A stretch of DNA of 64,000 nucleotides from Octopus sinensis (lineage: Eukaryota), in the NCBI RefSeq assembly GCF_006345805.1, contig NC_043018.1:17484001-17548000 (forward strand), in the 5' to 3' direction. Below the pieces are notes generated by a model. That model saw only the letters and a list, made by a program, of their open reading frames with translations, searched no databases and was not told the DNA's origin. Shown piece by piece: positions 39,776-54,826 of the stretch (positions within the stretch are counted from its first letter, which is position 1; every line of letters begins with the position of its first letter). Made by a program: the position numbers and the translations under genes.

Positions 39776-40020
39776 ACGGAAAGCTTTATGAAAATAAACA
39801 AAAAGACGAAGGCAGGTGGAGTACAAACAAACAATTGTATTAGTATGGCGCTCAGGATATAAATAAAATAAGTCTTTTACGTTTCGAGCCTACGCTCTTC
39901 AACAGAAAAATGATACACAGAAAAGAAGAAACACGGAGAGAAAAAAGGAGAGAAAAAATGCGTGCAGAAGCTAGCCATTCAACATGGCGATCTGATCCTG
40001 GTCAGAAGTCAGAGATCAAA
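39776..40020 (-). mobile_element. (TA)n-adjacent element with a variant minimal hammerhead at 39874-39909 (duplicated near 47752-47990)
   Basis: Minus strand: UUUU-CUGUUGA-A-GAGC-guag-GCUC-GAAACG-UA-AAAG. Shares the CGCTCAGGA flank with the element at 400-612. Confidence 0.6.
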
Positions 40021-40542
40021 CCATATATACATACATACACACATACATACATACACACATACATACATGCATATACGCATATATATGTGTGTATAAATAC
40101 ATATATGTATACTTTAAAAGTGTTTGTGTTGTAACGTATGTGTATTTAAAATGTGTTTCGAGCTTTATATTTTCGCTCTAGATTCCACTTGGAATATAAA
40201 TTGTAAAAATAAAAGAAACCTTGTTCATATTCACTGGATCTGGCAAAGGAAATGCTGCAACGCTATTGCATGAACTAAGAACATAAAAAATGAGTTTGAA
40301 AAAAAGATAGAGACAACAATTTCATATGATTGATCATGGCACTTCTCTTATATTCAGTGGAGAGACTTATTCCATCCTGCATAATGTGAGAAAGGCTACT
40401 CGATCTCCAATTCATTATCTAGCATTGATGTGTGTGTGTCAGTGAGTGTGTGTGAGCGTGTATGCGTGTGTACACATACATACGAATATATGTACATACA
40501 TACGTACATATTTACATACACACTTACATACATTAATGAAAA

Positions 40543-40584
<42 letters not shown>

Positions 40585-41700
40585 GTGAGTGTGTGTTGAA
40601 ATGAAATACAAAAGGTGAATAGCGCGTTAGAAATACGTCCTTTTATTACAATCACTTTCATTTTGTTTTCCTTTTTTTTTTTTTGTTATTTTGGTCATAT
40701 GCAGTAGTTGAATACAAATGAAATAGATTTAAAACTTATATCTTGTCTTCAGAGATGTGTGTCACGCGCTCAATAATTGGATATTACGGAAGTACACTCA
40801 GGTAAGATATATCACAAAGGTGTAACTTTGAATGTTTATTAATTTGTAATGTAGTTTTGTCTGTTCGGCAACTCTTTGTCATTTATGTCTAGAATTAATG
40901 CTACTCATATGTCAGAGATTACATTATTTCATGCGCTTCCAAAGAATCGCATATTCATATCGCAGATATGTTCCGTATTAATGAGACACTTTTACTGCAG
41001 GGGAAAAAGAATTTGAAAACAGCAGATACTTTATAGACAAAGAATATTGCAAAGTGACGGCAGTTTCAAGATGTCAACGTTCCACTAAATATTTACTTTA
41101 ATGATTCACAAATGGATTATTTAGAATCGATTCGCGTCGAAATCCACACAGTTCACGCACACACTCATAAGCAAACATGCATCCACATGTACATACATGC
41201 ACACACATACATACATGCAATCACCAACATAAATTCTTTCATATATTATGTGTGCGCATGCATGTTGTATAAATATATATGTATGTATAGGGGAAAAATC
41301 GGAAAAATCAATGAAAATGCACATTGTGAATAAAAAAATGCAGCTTGTAAATAAAAAAGAAAAGGCTTTTTATGAAAGGTAACGACAGATATATACATTT
41401 AGATTTACTGAGGTAGTAATAAAGGTCATAAAAGTCATTATAATGAGCTTATCATAAAGTCAGAAAGCAAAGCATACCATGGTTTCGTGAAAGCTGTTCA
41501 TTGCTTTGAATAAACGGTGTCAGGTCTAATAGTTCCTGAGAAAAAAGATTATTTGTAAGGGGGATAAGTAGTTCAGGATTATTTGTAAGGGAGATAAGTA
41601 GTTCTGGATTTAGATATAGAATTGTAATGTAAATGGTATATGGAGTGTATAGGAGTTAGTGGTTTTAATTGAAGGGTTAGTGGTGTCCTGTAATAAGTTG

Positions 41701-42320
41701 TGTGTTCATATTTAGTTGGGGGAGGTATTTATTGATGGAAAATATCTCTTTATTCAACCTTTGTTGCATTGTGGTGTTCTGTGAAAAATTCATAGAAGGG
41801 GAAGATTTGGAAATTAGGATTAAGATTCCTAGCACACCTATCTATGTGTTCACTAACCTCTAACTGTATTGTGGGTGGCGGATTTGCTCTTTGTGAATGG
41901 TGGTTCTTCGACGGAGTGAAAATCCTGTTTGTCCAATATAGCGGTTACCGCATCCTAAGCATGTCATGACATGGATTAAATTTTCCGAGGCCTAGGTGAA
42001 ATTTGATTTGATCTTAAACGTTTCTCGTTGTTTGAAGTGAAATTCTGAAAACTCCAAAAGGTGGGGGCATGTTCCACAGTTAGGACGACCACATTTTTTT
42101 CACTTTTTGCTCTGTTGATAGTGGTATAGACTTGCGCTGGTTAATATTTTTTTTCAGTGACTTCGGTTGGTTTTGCTTTTTATAATTCTGTATGAGCTTA
42201 AAATTTCGTTCATTGTTTTGTCTGCTGTGAGGATGAGAAGATTTTGGGTGATGATGCAGAAAGCTTCGTTGTTTCTAGGGTTATGTGTGGAAATGTACGG
42301 AGTATTTTAAAGTCTGGTTT
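41701..42320 (-). pseudogene. Penelope-like element ORF 3' end: RT thumb, Cys linker and GIY-YIG endonuclease, with stops and frameshifts
   Basis: Translations (pieced across frameshifts; the first motif is in frame in the second copy): ILPYISTHNPRN...IIKSK; KKCGRPNCGTCPHL; FT*ASENLIHVMTCLGCGNRYIGQTGFSLRRRTTIHKEQIRHPQY; EVSEHIDRCARN; QRLNKEIFSINKYLPQLN. Confidence 0.9.
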
Positions 42321-42365
42321 ATTATTTAAATATATTCTAACTGTATAGTTGTTGCTTAATAGATT

Positions 42366-42540
42366 ATTCAGTTCTATATTTAAGAGATGAGGAATTATGT
42401 ACATTATTTACATATTTATATTTGACGGATATTTGTCTCATTTGTTTGTTGTTAAAAAGTTTTCAGTTTCTGATATACTCTCCAGCCTTCATCGGGTGTC
42501 TTGGGGAAATTTTGAACCTGGGTTCTCGTTCCTAAGGTGT
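42366..42540 (-). mobile_element. pLTR-like segment with a degenerate hammerhead upstream of the Penelope remnant (cleaner copy at 50334-50515)
   Basis: Same sequence as 50422-50467 with additional small indels. Confidence 0.6.
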
Positions 42541-42725
42541 TTGCTGTTGTTGGTGTTGTTATATTATTATTATTATTAATATTAATGTCACTGCTTGGAA
42601 TCGAACTCTACCACTACGCCATAAGTCCGTGTATGAATGCATGTATAAATAGATAGATAGATAGTTAGATAGTTAGAAAGATAGATAGATAGATAAATAG
42701 ATAGATATATAGATAGATAGATAGG

Positions 42726-42826
<101 letters not shown>

Positions 42827-43060
42827 GGTAGAAAGATAGATAGATAAGCATGCAAATGATGCTTCATATTGTACTACATTTATTAAATTTTGATGGCAGA
42901 TGAATATTATGAACCGCGGTGCTCTCCCTAGCCAATTTCTATATCATCCTTCCTTTGTAAAAACGATACAATTCTATGTCCGGGCAACCGGCTAAATATT
43001 TCATCTATCAGCTTTATGCCATTTTTATTTAGACACGTTATATTTACTATTTATTAGCAT

Positions 43061-43160
43061 NNNNNNNNNNNNNNNNNNNNNNNNNNNNNNNNNNNNNNNN
43101 NNNNNNNNNNNNNNNNNNNNNNNNNNNNNNNNNNNNNNNNNNNNNNNNNNNNNNNNNNNN
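43061..43160. other. 100-N scaffold gap
   Basis: Exactly 100 N. Confidence 1.
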
Positions 43161-43573
43161 GCGTGGGTTTGTTATATGTATGTATACACACACATATATA
43201 CGTAGGCACAAATGCATGTATGTATATAAATATAATTATGTACACTTGTTGAGTGAGTGTGTGGAGGTGTGTGGGAGAGAAAACTCAATTCAATGTTACG
43301 AATCTTCGATTGGTGTGCAGTGCTTTATGGAATGCAAGTATGGATGGTTTACTTTATACAACTGATGATGATAATGATCATATTGATGCTGATGAGGACG
43401 ATGATGGCGACATCGATGAAGAGGACACCGATGATGGTGATTTTGTGAGACGTAAACATTCATTCAGACATAGCAATTAATAGATTAAAAGATAGATAAA
43501 GAGAAATAGACATAAATGTATATATATATATATATATTATATATATATATATATATATACTTATATATATATA

Positions 43574-43642
<69 letters not shown>

Positions 43643-43664
43643 ATTATATTTATATATATATTAT

Positions 43665-43695
<31 letters not shown>

Positions 43696-45195
43696 GAAAT
43701 ATATGCGTTTGCACTTCTTCGCTCGGAAGGCAGAGGCCAACACAGACACATCAAAACAAATACGGAATGCATATATATAGGTATATATGCATGTGTCTGT
43801 TTATATGTTTGCACACATGTGTGTATGAATGAATGTATGTATGTGTGCGTATGAATATATATATATATATATATGGGTGTGTGTGTTTGTATGTATCTAC
43901 GTATGTATGTGTGTATGCATCTGTGTATGTATGTATGTGTTTTTGTATGTATGTATATAGGTTTGTATGTATGTACATGTGTGTATATATATGTATGAGT
44001 GTATGTATGCAGGCTTTAACAATCTTCTCCTGACATATCGCTTTCTTCCTTTTGTCCCAAGAGAGCAAAATTGAGAAAAGTTATTAAAACTTGATGCCAG
44101 ATCAGGCGAATCTAAAATTGCACTTTTGCAATTTACGTAACATCGCTGCTAGTGATTCTCTAGAAGTAGATGTAGTATAAATCACAATTTGGTTGAGAAT
44201 AATTTCAAATATATCACACATATTCTTCCTGTTTCTTTGAGATTTTCTCCATTTTTTAATTTTTTTTTTTGGGGGGGGGTCTTTTTGTTGGTAGGCATTC
44301 AGTTTTGCATTTCGCAAAAATGTTAGATGCGTGACTTTATCAATTTTTCATCGCTTAATATACATAAAATGCGATCAATGTAGGAAGGCTGTGCACGGTA
44401 TTAGTGTCTCTCAGTTAATATCTGAGCAGTTGTGTCGATTTGGTGTACGTTTGGTGTGTGGTGTGTGTGTGTTGTGGTATGTGTGGTGGTAGCGGTGTGT
44501 GTGTGGTGTGTGTGTGTGGTGTGTGTGTGTGTGTGTGTGTGTTAATGATATATAGAAAAGTTTCAACATTCAGAAAACTTTGACAGTGTCTTCGAAGTTT
44601 CTGCTTTTACCTGACTGTGTTTTATTTGTGCACTTTTCCTTTTGACATTATACCAATTTATTTTCTTGCCTTTTCGACATCGTACGCCGAGTACTTATAC
44701 CTGTGCAAGTAATAATTCGGTGGGATGTAGGAAGAACAGATATAGGTAGTTTTTCAATTTTGGAAATGTGTTTTCTAATGTCACTGAAACCTAAAGAATA
44801 ACTTGATTCTCATATCAAACAAAATTATCACTCACACCTTAACTTTATTCCAACAGACACCATTTAAATATCTACTTTTTTTCTCTTCCTCACTTTCCCA
44901 CGTCCTCCACAAAAAAGTTGCTGTAATAAATAAACCACAACTAATTTCATTCACGTAGATCCAGTTGCTGTAAATATAATTTAACAAGAATTGTGTAAAA
45001 TCACCCAAAATGAAACACAGTTAAATTGAAGGTGAGAAAGTCGAAATTCAAGTCAATATTCAACTTCCCATGTGTGTGATCTTTCAGTTTAATGTTAAAT
45101 CACAATTTACCTAACTTGATATAAAGAAAATAATCTATATGCATGTATATATATATATATATATATAATATGCATACACATACATACATACATAC

Positions 45196-45246
<51 letters not shown>

Positions 45247-45522
45247 ATAGATATATAGACATACATATGTATATAATGCATACAATATATATATATATAT
45301 ACTAATATATATATAGATATATATGCTTTTATATATATATATAAATGCTGGCTGTGTGGTATGTGGGTAAGTAGCTTGTTACCAACCACAGGGTTCCGGG
45401 TTCAGTCCCACTGCGTGGCATCTTGGGCAAGTGTCTTCTGCTATAGCCCCGGGGACCGACCAATGCCTTGTAAGTGGATTTGGTAGACGGAAAACTGAAA
45501 GAAGCCTGTCGTATATATATAG

Positions 45523-45558
<36 letters not shown>

Positions 45559-46225
45559 GTGTGGGTGTCTGTGTTTGTCCCCCTAGTATTGCTTGACAAC
45601 CAATGCTGGTATGTTACGTCCCCGTCACTTAGCGGTTCGGCAAAAGAGACCGATAGAATAAGTACTGGGCTTACAAAGAATAAGTCCCAAGGTCGATTTG
45701 CTCGATTAAAGGCGGTGCTCCAGCATGGCCGCAGTCAATGACTGAAACAAGTAAAAGAGTAAAAGAGTATATATATATGTGTGTGTGTATATACATATAT
45801 ATGTGTATCACCATTGCATGCAAGGTGTGATCAATGTTATAGATGTAAGGTGACATTAGTGTGTAGTAAAGAAAGCATCTTCATGGAAATTTTACCACTT
45901 TGTTATTATTTTTTAATAGCAATGATGGTGGATGAAAAACATTTATATTACACTGGTACTGTTGTTTCTGAATGTGGCTCCAATGTTAATAATGTGATAT
46001 TCATCTCTGTAAATGATCATATATATATATGTCCCGTACTCTATTTTTTGCTGTTTTTAAAAAAAAATGTCCAGTTCCTTTGCTTTGTGTCTATGTTTTC
46101 GTTTTTCATTGTGTTCGACGTCCTTTTGGTGTCCTCTACTCATATATGCGTGTATATGTACATGTAGAGGTAGGTACGTACATATATGTTTATATATGCA
46201 TAGTTTTATTTTATTTATTAATATT

Positions 46226-46265
<40 letters not shown>

Positions 46266-46272
46266 TATATAA

Positions 46273-46310
<38 letters not shown>

Positions 46311-48511
46311 ATTCGGATTTTGACGACTGTTGTTCTTTATGGAACTTACTTACATATACCAGAGAAAGAATACTAGAACCATTTATGGTTTTATAATAGC
46401 TTAATGTAGCTACTTGGCAAACTAATTCGTGAAAAAGATCTCGTTTGAATTATCTAATCCTAGCAAGCAAGATACGAAAACATAATCCTACAAAAGGATG
46501 AAATATACTTAAAATTCTATTTAAGCAGGCCCCGCTTTGTTATGTAATTTATATCGTGCAGATTCGCTACCAGCTAAATACAAATGTTATTACGTATATC
46601 ATTTATGCTGTTTGCTCAAATGAACATAGAGAATAGATTGAATTATAAACAGTACTGAACTCAAATTATATTTCCTATCCTGGCTTTATTTTCCTAATTT
46701 ATCAATGGTGTACTAATATTTCATGTTTAGTCATGCAAAAACATAGCAAAAAGATGTAACAAAACAGGAATATATATTTTCATAGGACTTTGAACTCTTT
46801 ATTTTCAGCGATGACCGCACACTCTTCACTTTTCTCATCTTTTCCATCCTACTTGCTAATATTGACATCACGGAAGGTCATCTAGCCCTTGTGAGAAAAT
46901 GTGTTTATTTACCGATATGGTCATAGGTATACGACAAGAAGGGAAACAGGGGAAGAGAGAAACAGAAGAAAAAAAATTTAATGTTTTGCAATGAAATTTC
47001 AATGGGTTATTACATCAAATTGAAAACAAACATATATTTCTGTATATAACTTATATTTAAATCTATGTGTGTAGGCGTAGGAGTGGCTGTGTGGGAAGTA
47101 GCTTGCTTAAGGACCACATGGTTCTGGGTTCAGTCCCACTGCGTGACAGCTTGGGCAAGTGTCTTCTACTATAACCTCTGGCCGAACATGGTGGACGGAA
47201 ACTGAAAGAAGCCCGTCGTATATATATTTATATATATATGTGTGTGTATATCTGTTTGTGTGTTTGCGTTTGTCCCCCCAACATCGCTTGGCAACTGATG
47301 CTGCTGTGTTTATGACACCGTAACTTAGCGGTTCGGCAAAAGGGATCGATAGAATAAGTGCTAGGCGTCCTGGGGTCGATTTGCTGACAGGAAGAGGTCC
47401 AGTCCTGGGGTCGATTTGCCTGACTAAAGGTGGTGCTCCAGCATGGCCACAGTCAAATGACTGAAACAAGTAAAAGGGAGAGAGTATGTATATATATCTT
47501 ATATCTTATATATTCTTAATGTTTCATGCGTTTCAAGAATTAGCCGACACAAGTATATTTAAGCTGGTATTTATTTCATCGGGGTGCTTTGCCGAAACCC
47601 TAAGATAGCGACGGTAAACAGAGAGATTCAAAGACACACATACACACACACACCCACACACACAAACACAGACACCACATATATATATATATATTATATA
47701 TATATATATATATATAACATGTGTGTATATATATTATATGTATATATATATACGGAAAGCTTTATGAAAATAAACAAAAGACGAAGGCAGGTGGAGTACA
47801 AACAAACAATTGTATTAGTATGGCGCTCAGGGATATAAATAAAATAAGTCTTTTACGTTTCGAGCCTACGCTCTTCAACAGAATGATACACAGAAAAGAA
47901 ACACGGAGAGAAACAAGGAGAGAAAAAATGCGTGCAGAAGCTAGCCATTCAACATGGCGATCTGATCCTGGTCAGAAGTCAGAGATCAAACCATATATAC
48001 ATACATACACACATACATACATACACACATACATACATGCATATACGCATATATATGTGTGTATAAATACATATATGTATACTTTAAAAGTGTTTGTGTT
48101 GTAACGTATGTGTATTTAAAATGTGTTTCGAGCTTTATATTTTCGCTCTAGATTCCACTTGGAATATAAATTGTAAAAATAAAAGAAACCTTGTTCATAT
48201 TCACTGGATCTGGCAAAGGAAATGCTGCAACGCTATTGCATGAACTAAGAACATAAAAAATGAGTTTGAAAAAAAGATAGAGACAACAATTTCATATGAT
48301 TGATCATGGCACTTCTCTTATATTCAGTGGAGAGACTTATTCCATCCTGCATAATGTGAGAAAGGCTACTCGATCTCCAATTCATTATCTAGCATTGATG
48401 TGTGTGTGTCAGTGAGTGTGTGTGAGCGTGTATGCGTGTGTACACATACATACGAATATATGTACATACATACGTACATAGTTACATACACACTTACATA
48501 CATTAATGAAA

Positions 48512-48553
<42 letters not shown>

Positions 48554-49666
48554 GTGAGTGTGTGTTGAAATGAAATACAAAAGGTGAATAGCGGTTAGAA
48601 ATACGTCCTTTTATTACAATCACTTTCATTTTGTTTTCCTTTTTTTTTTTTGTTATTTTGGTCATATGCAGTAGTTGAATACAAATGAAATAGATTTAAA
48701 ACTTATATCTTGTCTTCAGAGATGTGTGTCACGCGCTCAATAATTGGATATTACGGAAGTACACTCAGGTAAGATATATCACAAAGGTGTAACTTTGAAT
48801 GTTTATTAATTTGTAATGTAGTTTTGTCTGTTCGGCAACTCTTTGTCATTTATGTCTAGAATTAATGCTACTCATATGTCAGAGATTACATTATTTCATG
48901 CGCTTCCAAAGAATCGCATATTCATATCGCAGATATGTTCCGTATTAATGAGACACTTTTACTGCAGGGGAAAAAGAATTTGAAAACAGCAGATACTTTA
49001 TAGACAAAGAATATTGAAAGTGACGGCAGTTTCAAGATGTCAACGTTCCACTAAATATTTACTTTAATGATTCACAAATGGATTATTTAGAATCGATTCG
49101 CGTCGAAATCCACACAGTTCACGTACACACTCATAAGCAAACATGCATCCACATGTACATACATGCACACACATACATACATGCAATCACCAACATAAAT
49201 TCTTTCATATATTATGTGTGCGCATGCATGTTGTATAAATATATATGTATGTATAGGGGAAAAATCGGAAAAATCAATGAAAATGCACATTGTGAATAAA
49301 AAAATGCAGCTTGTAAATAAAAAAGAAAAGGCTTTTTATGAAAGGTAACGACAGATATATACATTTAGATTTACTGAGGTAGTAATAAAGGTCATAAAAG
49401 TCATTATAATGAGCTTATCATAAAGTCAGAAAGCAAAGCATACCATGGTTTCGTGAAAGCTGTTCATTGCTTTGAATAAACGGTGTCAGGTCTAATAGTT
49501 CCTGAGAAAAAAGATTATTTGTAAGGGGGATAAGTAGTTCAGGATTATTTGTAAGGGAGATAAGTAGTTCTGGATTTAGATATAGAATTGTAATGTAAAT
49601 GGTATATGGAGTGTATAGGAGTTAGTGGTTTTAATTGAAGGGTTAGTGGTGTCCTGTAATAAGTTG

Positions 49667-50288
49667 TGTGTTCATATTTAGTTGGGGGAGGTATTTATTG
49701 ATGGAAAATATCTCTTTATTCAACCTTTGTTGCATTGTGGTGTTCTGTGAAAAATTCATAGAAGGGGAAGATTTGGAAATTAGGATTAAGATTCCTAGCA
49801 CACCTATCTATGTGTTCACTAACCTCTAACTGTATTGTGGGTGGCGGATTTGCTCTTTGTGAATGGTGGTTCTTCGACGGAGTGAAAATCCTGTTTGTCC
49901 AATATAGCGGTTACCGCATCCTAAGCATGTCATGACATGGATTAAATTTTCCGAGGCCTAGGTGAAATTTGATTTGATCTTAAACGTTTCTCGTTGTTTG
50001 AAGTGAAATTCTGAAAACTCCAAAAGGTGGGGGCATGTTCCACAGTTAGGACGACCACATTTTTTTCACTTTTTGCTCTGTTGATAGTGGTATAGACTTG
50101 CGCTGGTTAATATTTTTTTTCAGTGACTTCGGTTGGTTTTGCTTTTTATAATTCTGTATGAGCTTAAAATTTCGTTCATTGTTTTGTCTGCTGTGAGGAT
50201 GAGAAGATTTTGGGTGATGATGCAGAAAGCTTCGTTGTTTCTAGGGTTATGTGTGGAAATGTACGGGAGTATTTTAAAGTCTGGTTTA
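49667..50288 (-). pseudogene. Second copy of the Penelope RT-thumb/GIY-YIG remnant
   Basis: ORF 50120-50371 gives KILPYISTHNPRNNEAF...IIKSK; the rest is as at 41701-42320. Confidence 0.9.
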
Positions 50289-50421
50289 TTATTTAAATAT
50301 ATTCTAACTGTATAGTTGTTGCTTAATAGATTATTCAGTTCTATATTTAAGAGATGAGGAATTATGTACATTATTTACATTATTTATATTTGACGGATAT
50401 TTGTCTCATTTGTTTGTTGTT

Positions 50422-50467
50422 AACAAAACGTTTCAGCTGATATACTCTCCAGCCTTCATCGGGTGTC
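50422..50467 (-). ncRNA. Degenerate minimal type-I hammerhead
   Basis: GACAC-CCGAUGA-A-GGCUG-gagaguauau-CAGCU-GAAACG-UU-UUGUU. U4C core change and one mismatch in helix I. Confidence 0.6.
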
Positions 50468-50701
50468 TTGGGGAAATTTTGAACCTGGGTTCTCGTTCCT
50501 AAGGTGTTTGCTGTTGTTGGTGTTGTTGTTATTATTATTATTATTAATATTAATGTCACTGCTTGGAATCGAACTCTACCACTACGCCATAAGTCCGTGT
50601 ATGAATGCATGTATAAATAGATAGATAGATAGTTAGATAGTTAGAAAGATAGAAGATAGATAGATAAATAGATAGAATATAGATAGATGATAGGTAGATA
50701 G

Positions 50702-50800
<99 letters not shown>

Positions 50801-51377
50801 GTAGAAAGATAGATAGATAAGCATGCAAATGATGCTTCAATATTTGTACTACATTTATTAAATTTTGATGGCAGATGAATATTATGAACCGCGGTGCTCT
50901 CCCTAGCCAGTTTCTATATCATCCTTCCTTTGTAAAAAACGATACAATTCTATGTCCGGCAACGGCTAAATATTTCATATCAGCTTTATGCCATTTATTT
51001 CAGACACGTTATATTTACTATTTATTTAGCATAGTGCACATATATTTGTTCATTATCTCGTCTGCTTGAAGTTCTGCACTCTGCATAGATATGTGTGCAA
51101 ACCCATTCGTATATATATATTTGTGAGTGTATGTGTGTGTATTTTTACATAAGGAAGAGGCCTACGGAAAAGAGAATAGGAAGGAAAACAGGAAATCATG
51201 TACGAAATGTAGACAAATATTTGGGAACACATAACACATTTTAAGTATAACACCTTAAAGAATTAATATAGGTGCACACACTTAGTTTGGTTTGGGATAT
51301 ATAATCCTATGGCGCCCAAAATATACATATGCATATATATACATATATATATATATATGTGTGTGTGTGTGTTTATA

Positions 51378-51800
51378 GGCGCAGGAGTGGCTGTGTGGTA
51401 AGTAGCTTGCTAACCAACCACATGGTTCCGCGTTCAGTCCCACTGCGTGGCATATTGGGCAAGTGTCTTCTGCTATAGCCCCGGGCCGACCAATGCCTTG
51501 TGAGTGGATTTGGTAGACGGAAACTGAAAGAAGCCTGTCGTATATACGTATATATATATAAGTGTGTGTGTATATGTTTGTGTGTCTGTGTTTGTCACCC
51601 TAGCATTGCTTGACAACCCATGCTGGTGTGTTTACGTCCCCGTCACCTAGCGGTTCGGCAAAAGAGACCGATGAGATAGAATAAGTACTGGGCTTACAAA
51701 GAATAAGTCGGGGTCGATTTGCTCGACTAAAGGCGGTGCTCCAGCATGGCCGCAGTCAAATGACTGAAACAAGTAAAAGAGTAAAAAGAGAGAAAAGAGT
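51378..51800 (+). mobile_element. Full-length SINE family B
   Basis: Runs from GGCGCAGGAGTGGCTGTGTGG to GTAAAAGAGTAAAAAGAG. Confidence 0.9.
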
Positions 51801-52459
51801 ATTATCATATATATATATATCTATATATATATATATATATAATATATATATATAATAATATAAAATATTATATATGTCGTGTGTGTGTGGAATAATTGCT
51901 ATGAAGCATTGTTTAGAATATATTGTATTAAAATCGTGGGTAAGGCCAAAACAATACCAAGTAAATGCAAGGTAAATCACAAGAAAACAAATATGTGAAT
52001 TAATGTAGACTTACATTGATTTCAATATTTCGTGGTTATGACGACATTTGCAAAGAATTTACGCATGTTGTCGATGTGCGTGTGTGTAAGCACACACGCG
52101 CACAATTTCAATACACACATACACACACATGCATACACACAAAAAGCATAAGTGCGTACGTATGTATGTAATATAGCCACGTGCGTTGGCGTTTAGAGAC
52201 CCACAAGGTCTAACAGAGGAATACAATATTTATTAAGATAACTAGGGAGAAGATCAAGAAAAACCCTATATAATAGAAATCTCTCGAAATACTCCCACAC
52301 TTAAGTATTGATGCACATTCGTCCGTATATATCTGCATAGAATGCACAAACAAAACAGTGCCAACCGTATAAGTACACTTTCATTCATAATGCCCGCGCA
52401 CACACATACATGTATATATGAATGTTTACACATATAGATCTATGTGAGTGCATGCACGT

Positions 52460-52503
<44 letters not shown>

Positions 52504-52838
52504 TATATATTACTATAGTGTGTGTGTGTGTGTGTGTGTGTGTGTACATAAGTACGTCGGGTTGGGTAAACAATGAATTTTCTCCTTCGAGGTTGTTGAT
52601 TTCTATCCTATTGTTCACTCCACTCCATAAACTATTTCACTGAGCTACAATACTTTAGTATAAGTGTTATACAAATAGATTCAATAAGATACGAAGGTAG
52701 CAGTAAATGTAGCCAAAGCATGAGCCAAGGAGATGTCTAAATGCAGAACACAATAAAGAGAGAAAGAGAAAGAGAAGGAGAGAGGGAAAGATATGTGTAT
52801 ACATATATATATGCTATATATATATATATATATCTATA

Positions 52839-52893
<55 letters not shown>

Positions 52894-54430
52894 ATATAAT
52901 ATACACATACATAATATCTATAGAAATAATAAGGAAGAAGAAAATTGACTGTGAATCATAATCACTGTCATTGTATTGGTACACGGTGTTTATCTGCGCG
53001 ATTTGCACTGAATGGTTGTCACAATGGAAGAAATTATCATACAACATAATTGCTATTTCGGAGAAAGGATTTTAAGAATATTACATTTGTAGTGTAATTT
53101 AAGCGTTAATGTGATATTAATGAGCGGCCATTATGCACAATTAGTGTGCGAAAATATTATGGACTACAACGGAAAGTATGTCCAACGTTCACAAAATAAG
53201 TGCAACGTATCTTTAAGATATGGGAGTACACAGGCCCATGGTTATCATGAGTACGGACCCATGGATATCATGAAGAGAACGCAGGGAAGCAATGCTACAA
53301 AATGGCGATATTTGAAAAGTGATGAGTGGGAAGGACGGTAAGTACCTTAAGGACGGCTGGAATTAGTTCCAGGGATCTAGCGAATCCGTTGTCAAACGTA
53401 GACGTTTGCCGTTAAGTCTGGTGTTATATCTTAAGATTCACTCATTTGATCGTTGAGACCTGTACTAATTTTTGTACTACGCTTTGCATTCATATTATGA
53501 GAAGTGGTTGTGTAAATATGTCGAACTTTCCCTTTTGGGAAAAGGGAACATTTGAAATGATTTATAAAACATTGTATACGAAGATACCTTTATCTTTTAC
53601 CATGCAGAAAAAAGAAAAGTAATCCTACTCCTTCCTTTATAAAGAAAAATAATTATAATGAACACATTAGTGTTGTTGGTACAATACATTAATGTTGCTT
53701 TTCTACGTTTATTTTCCAATGTAAAAGGAAACATATGCAATAAAACAGGAAACTGATCGCAAAGCAACGAACATGTATTGTTTATGGTAGAGAGAAAATG
53801 CACTACATTGATGCAGAGTTAGGCTTTACAACAAATATGAAGGTTTTACCTAAAGTTCTTTAAAACGAAACACCTATGTAGAATAACCTGAGGAAGTTAG
53901 AATCTATTGTATCCGGGCTTTGGATTATAATTCATATGCATTATCATTGATATATTTAGTGAGATATATTTCAACTATTTTGCAGATGTGGAATGGAAAT
54001 CTTACCGTTTCCAGGAAAGAACGAAATAAATCGTATTCTTCCAAAACCAATCGATTTCTTCCACACTGGGTGCTTATAAACCATTCCCAAGTTTTCCATT
54101 TGTGTACCATGCAAAGAATAATGCTATATAGGCATTCACGTATATTTAGACTTTAATCGCACACACATAAATACACATAACCACGCACCCACAACTACAT
54201 TTACACTCCAAAGATCAATGCAAAAACATTCATGTATATAGGTCTCTTTATATCTAACGCTAATTTCATTGCGTATTCCCAAATTCCTAGAACTAACTTC
54301 ACACCAAATCCCCGTCATTGTGTTCGAGACCCGCTTGATTTTTACAAAGGACTTAATTGTCTCTCAAAGAAAACTTTACCTTATGTCTATCCATATACAG
54401 CAATCACACGTACCCAAACGTACACGTTCA

Positions 54431-54826
54431 CATTTATACACTCATTAACATACATGCTAACGTACACGTATGCATAAAATTATCCAGAAAATCATAGACA
54501 CATTCATAGCTACATATAAATATGTACACACACACACACACTCACAAACACTCGCACACACATTTATACACTCATTAACATACATGCTAACGTACACGCA
54601 TGCATAAAATTATCTTGAAAATTATAGACACATTCATAGCTACATATAAATATGTACACACACACACACACTCACAAACACTCGCACGCACATTTATACA
54701 CTCATTAACATACATGCTAACGTACACGCATGCATAAAATTATCTTGAAAATTATAGACACATTCATAGCTACATATAAATATGTACACACACACACACT
54801 CACAAACACTCGCGCACACACACACA
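54431..54826. repeat. Tandem repeat, 3 x ~130 bp, near-identical
   Basis: CATTTATACACTCATTAACATACATGCTAACG starts at 54431, 54561 and 54691. Confidence 0.95.

Larger units (their letters stand above)
43161..51032. repeat. Copy 2 of the ~7.9-kb duplication
   Basis: Begins immediately after the gap with GCGTGGGTTTG, matching 35182. Confidence 0.95.

Noticed and set aside
53111-53344. 76-aa ORF ending at a GTAAGT donor-like site
   Set aside because: No recognisable domain; contains a short internal direct repeat; no supporting neighbouring exons.
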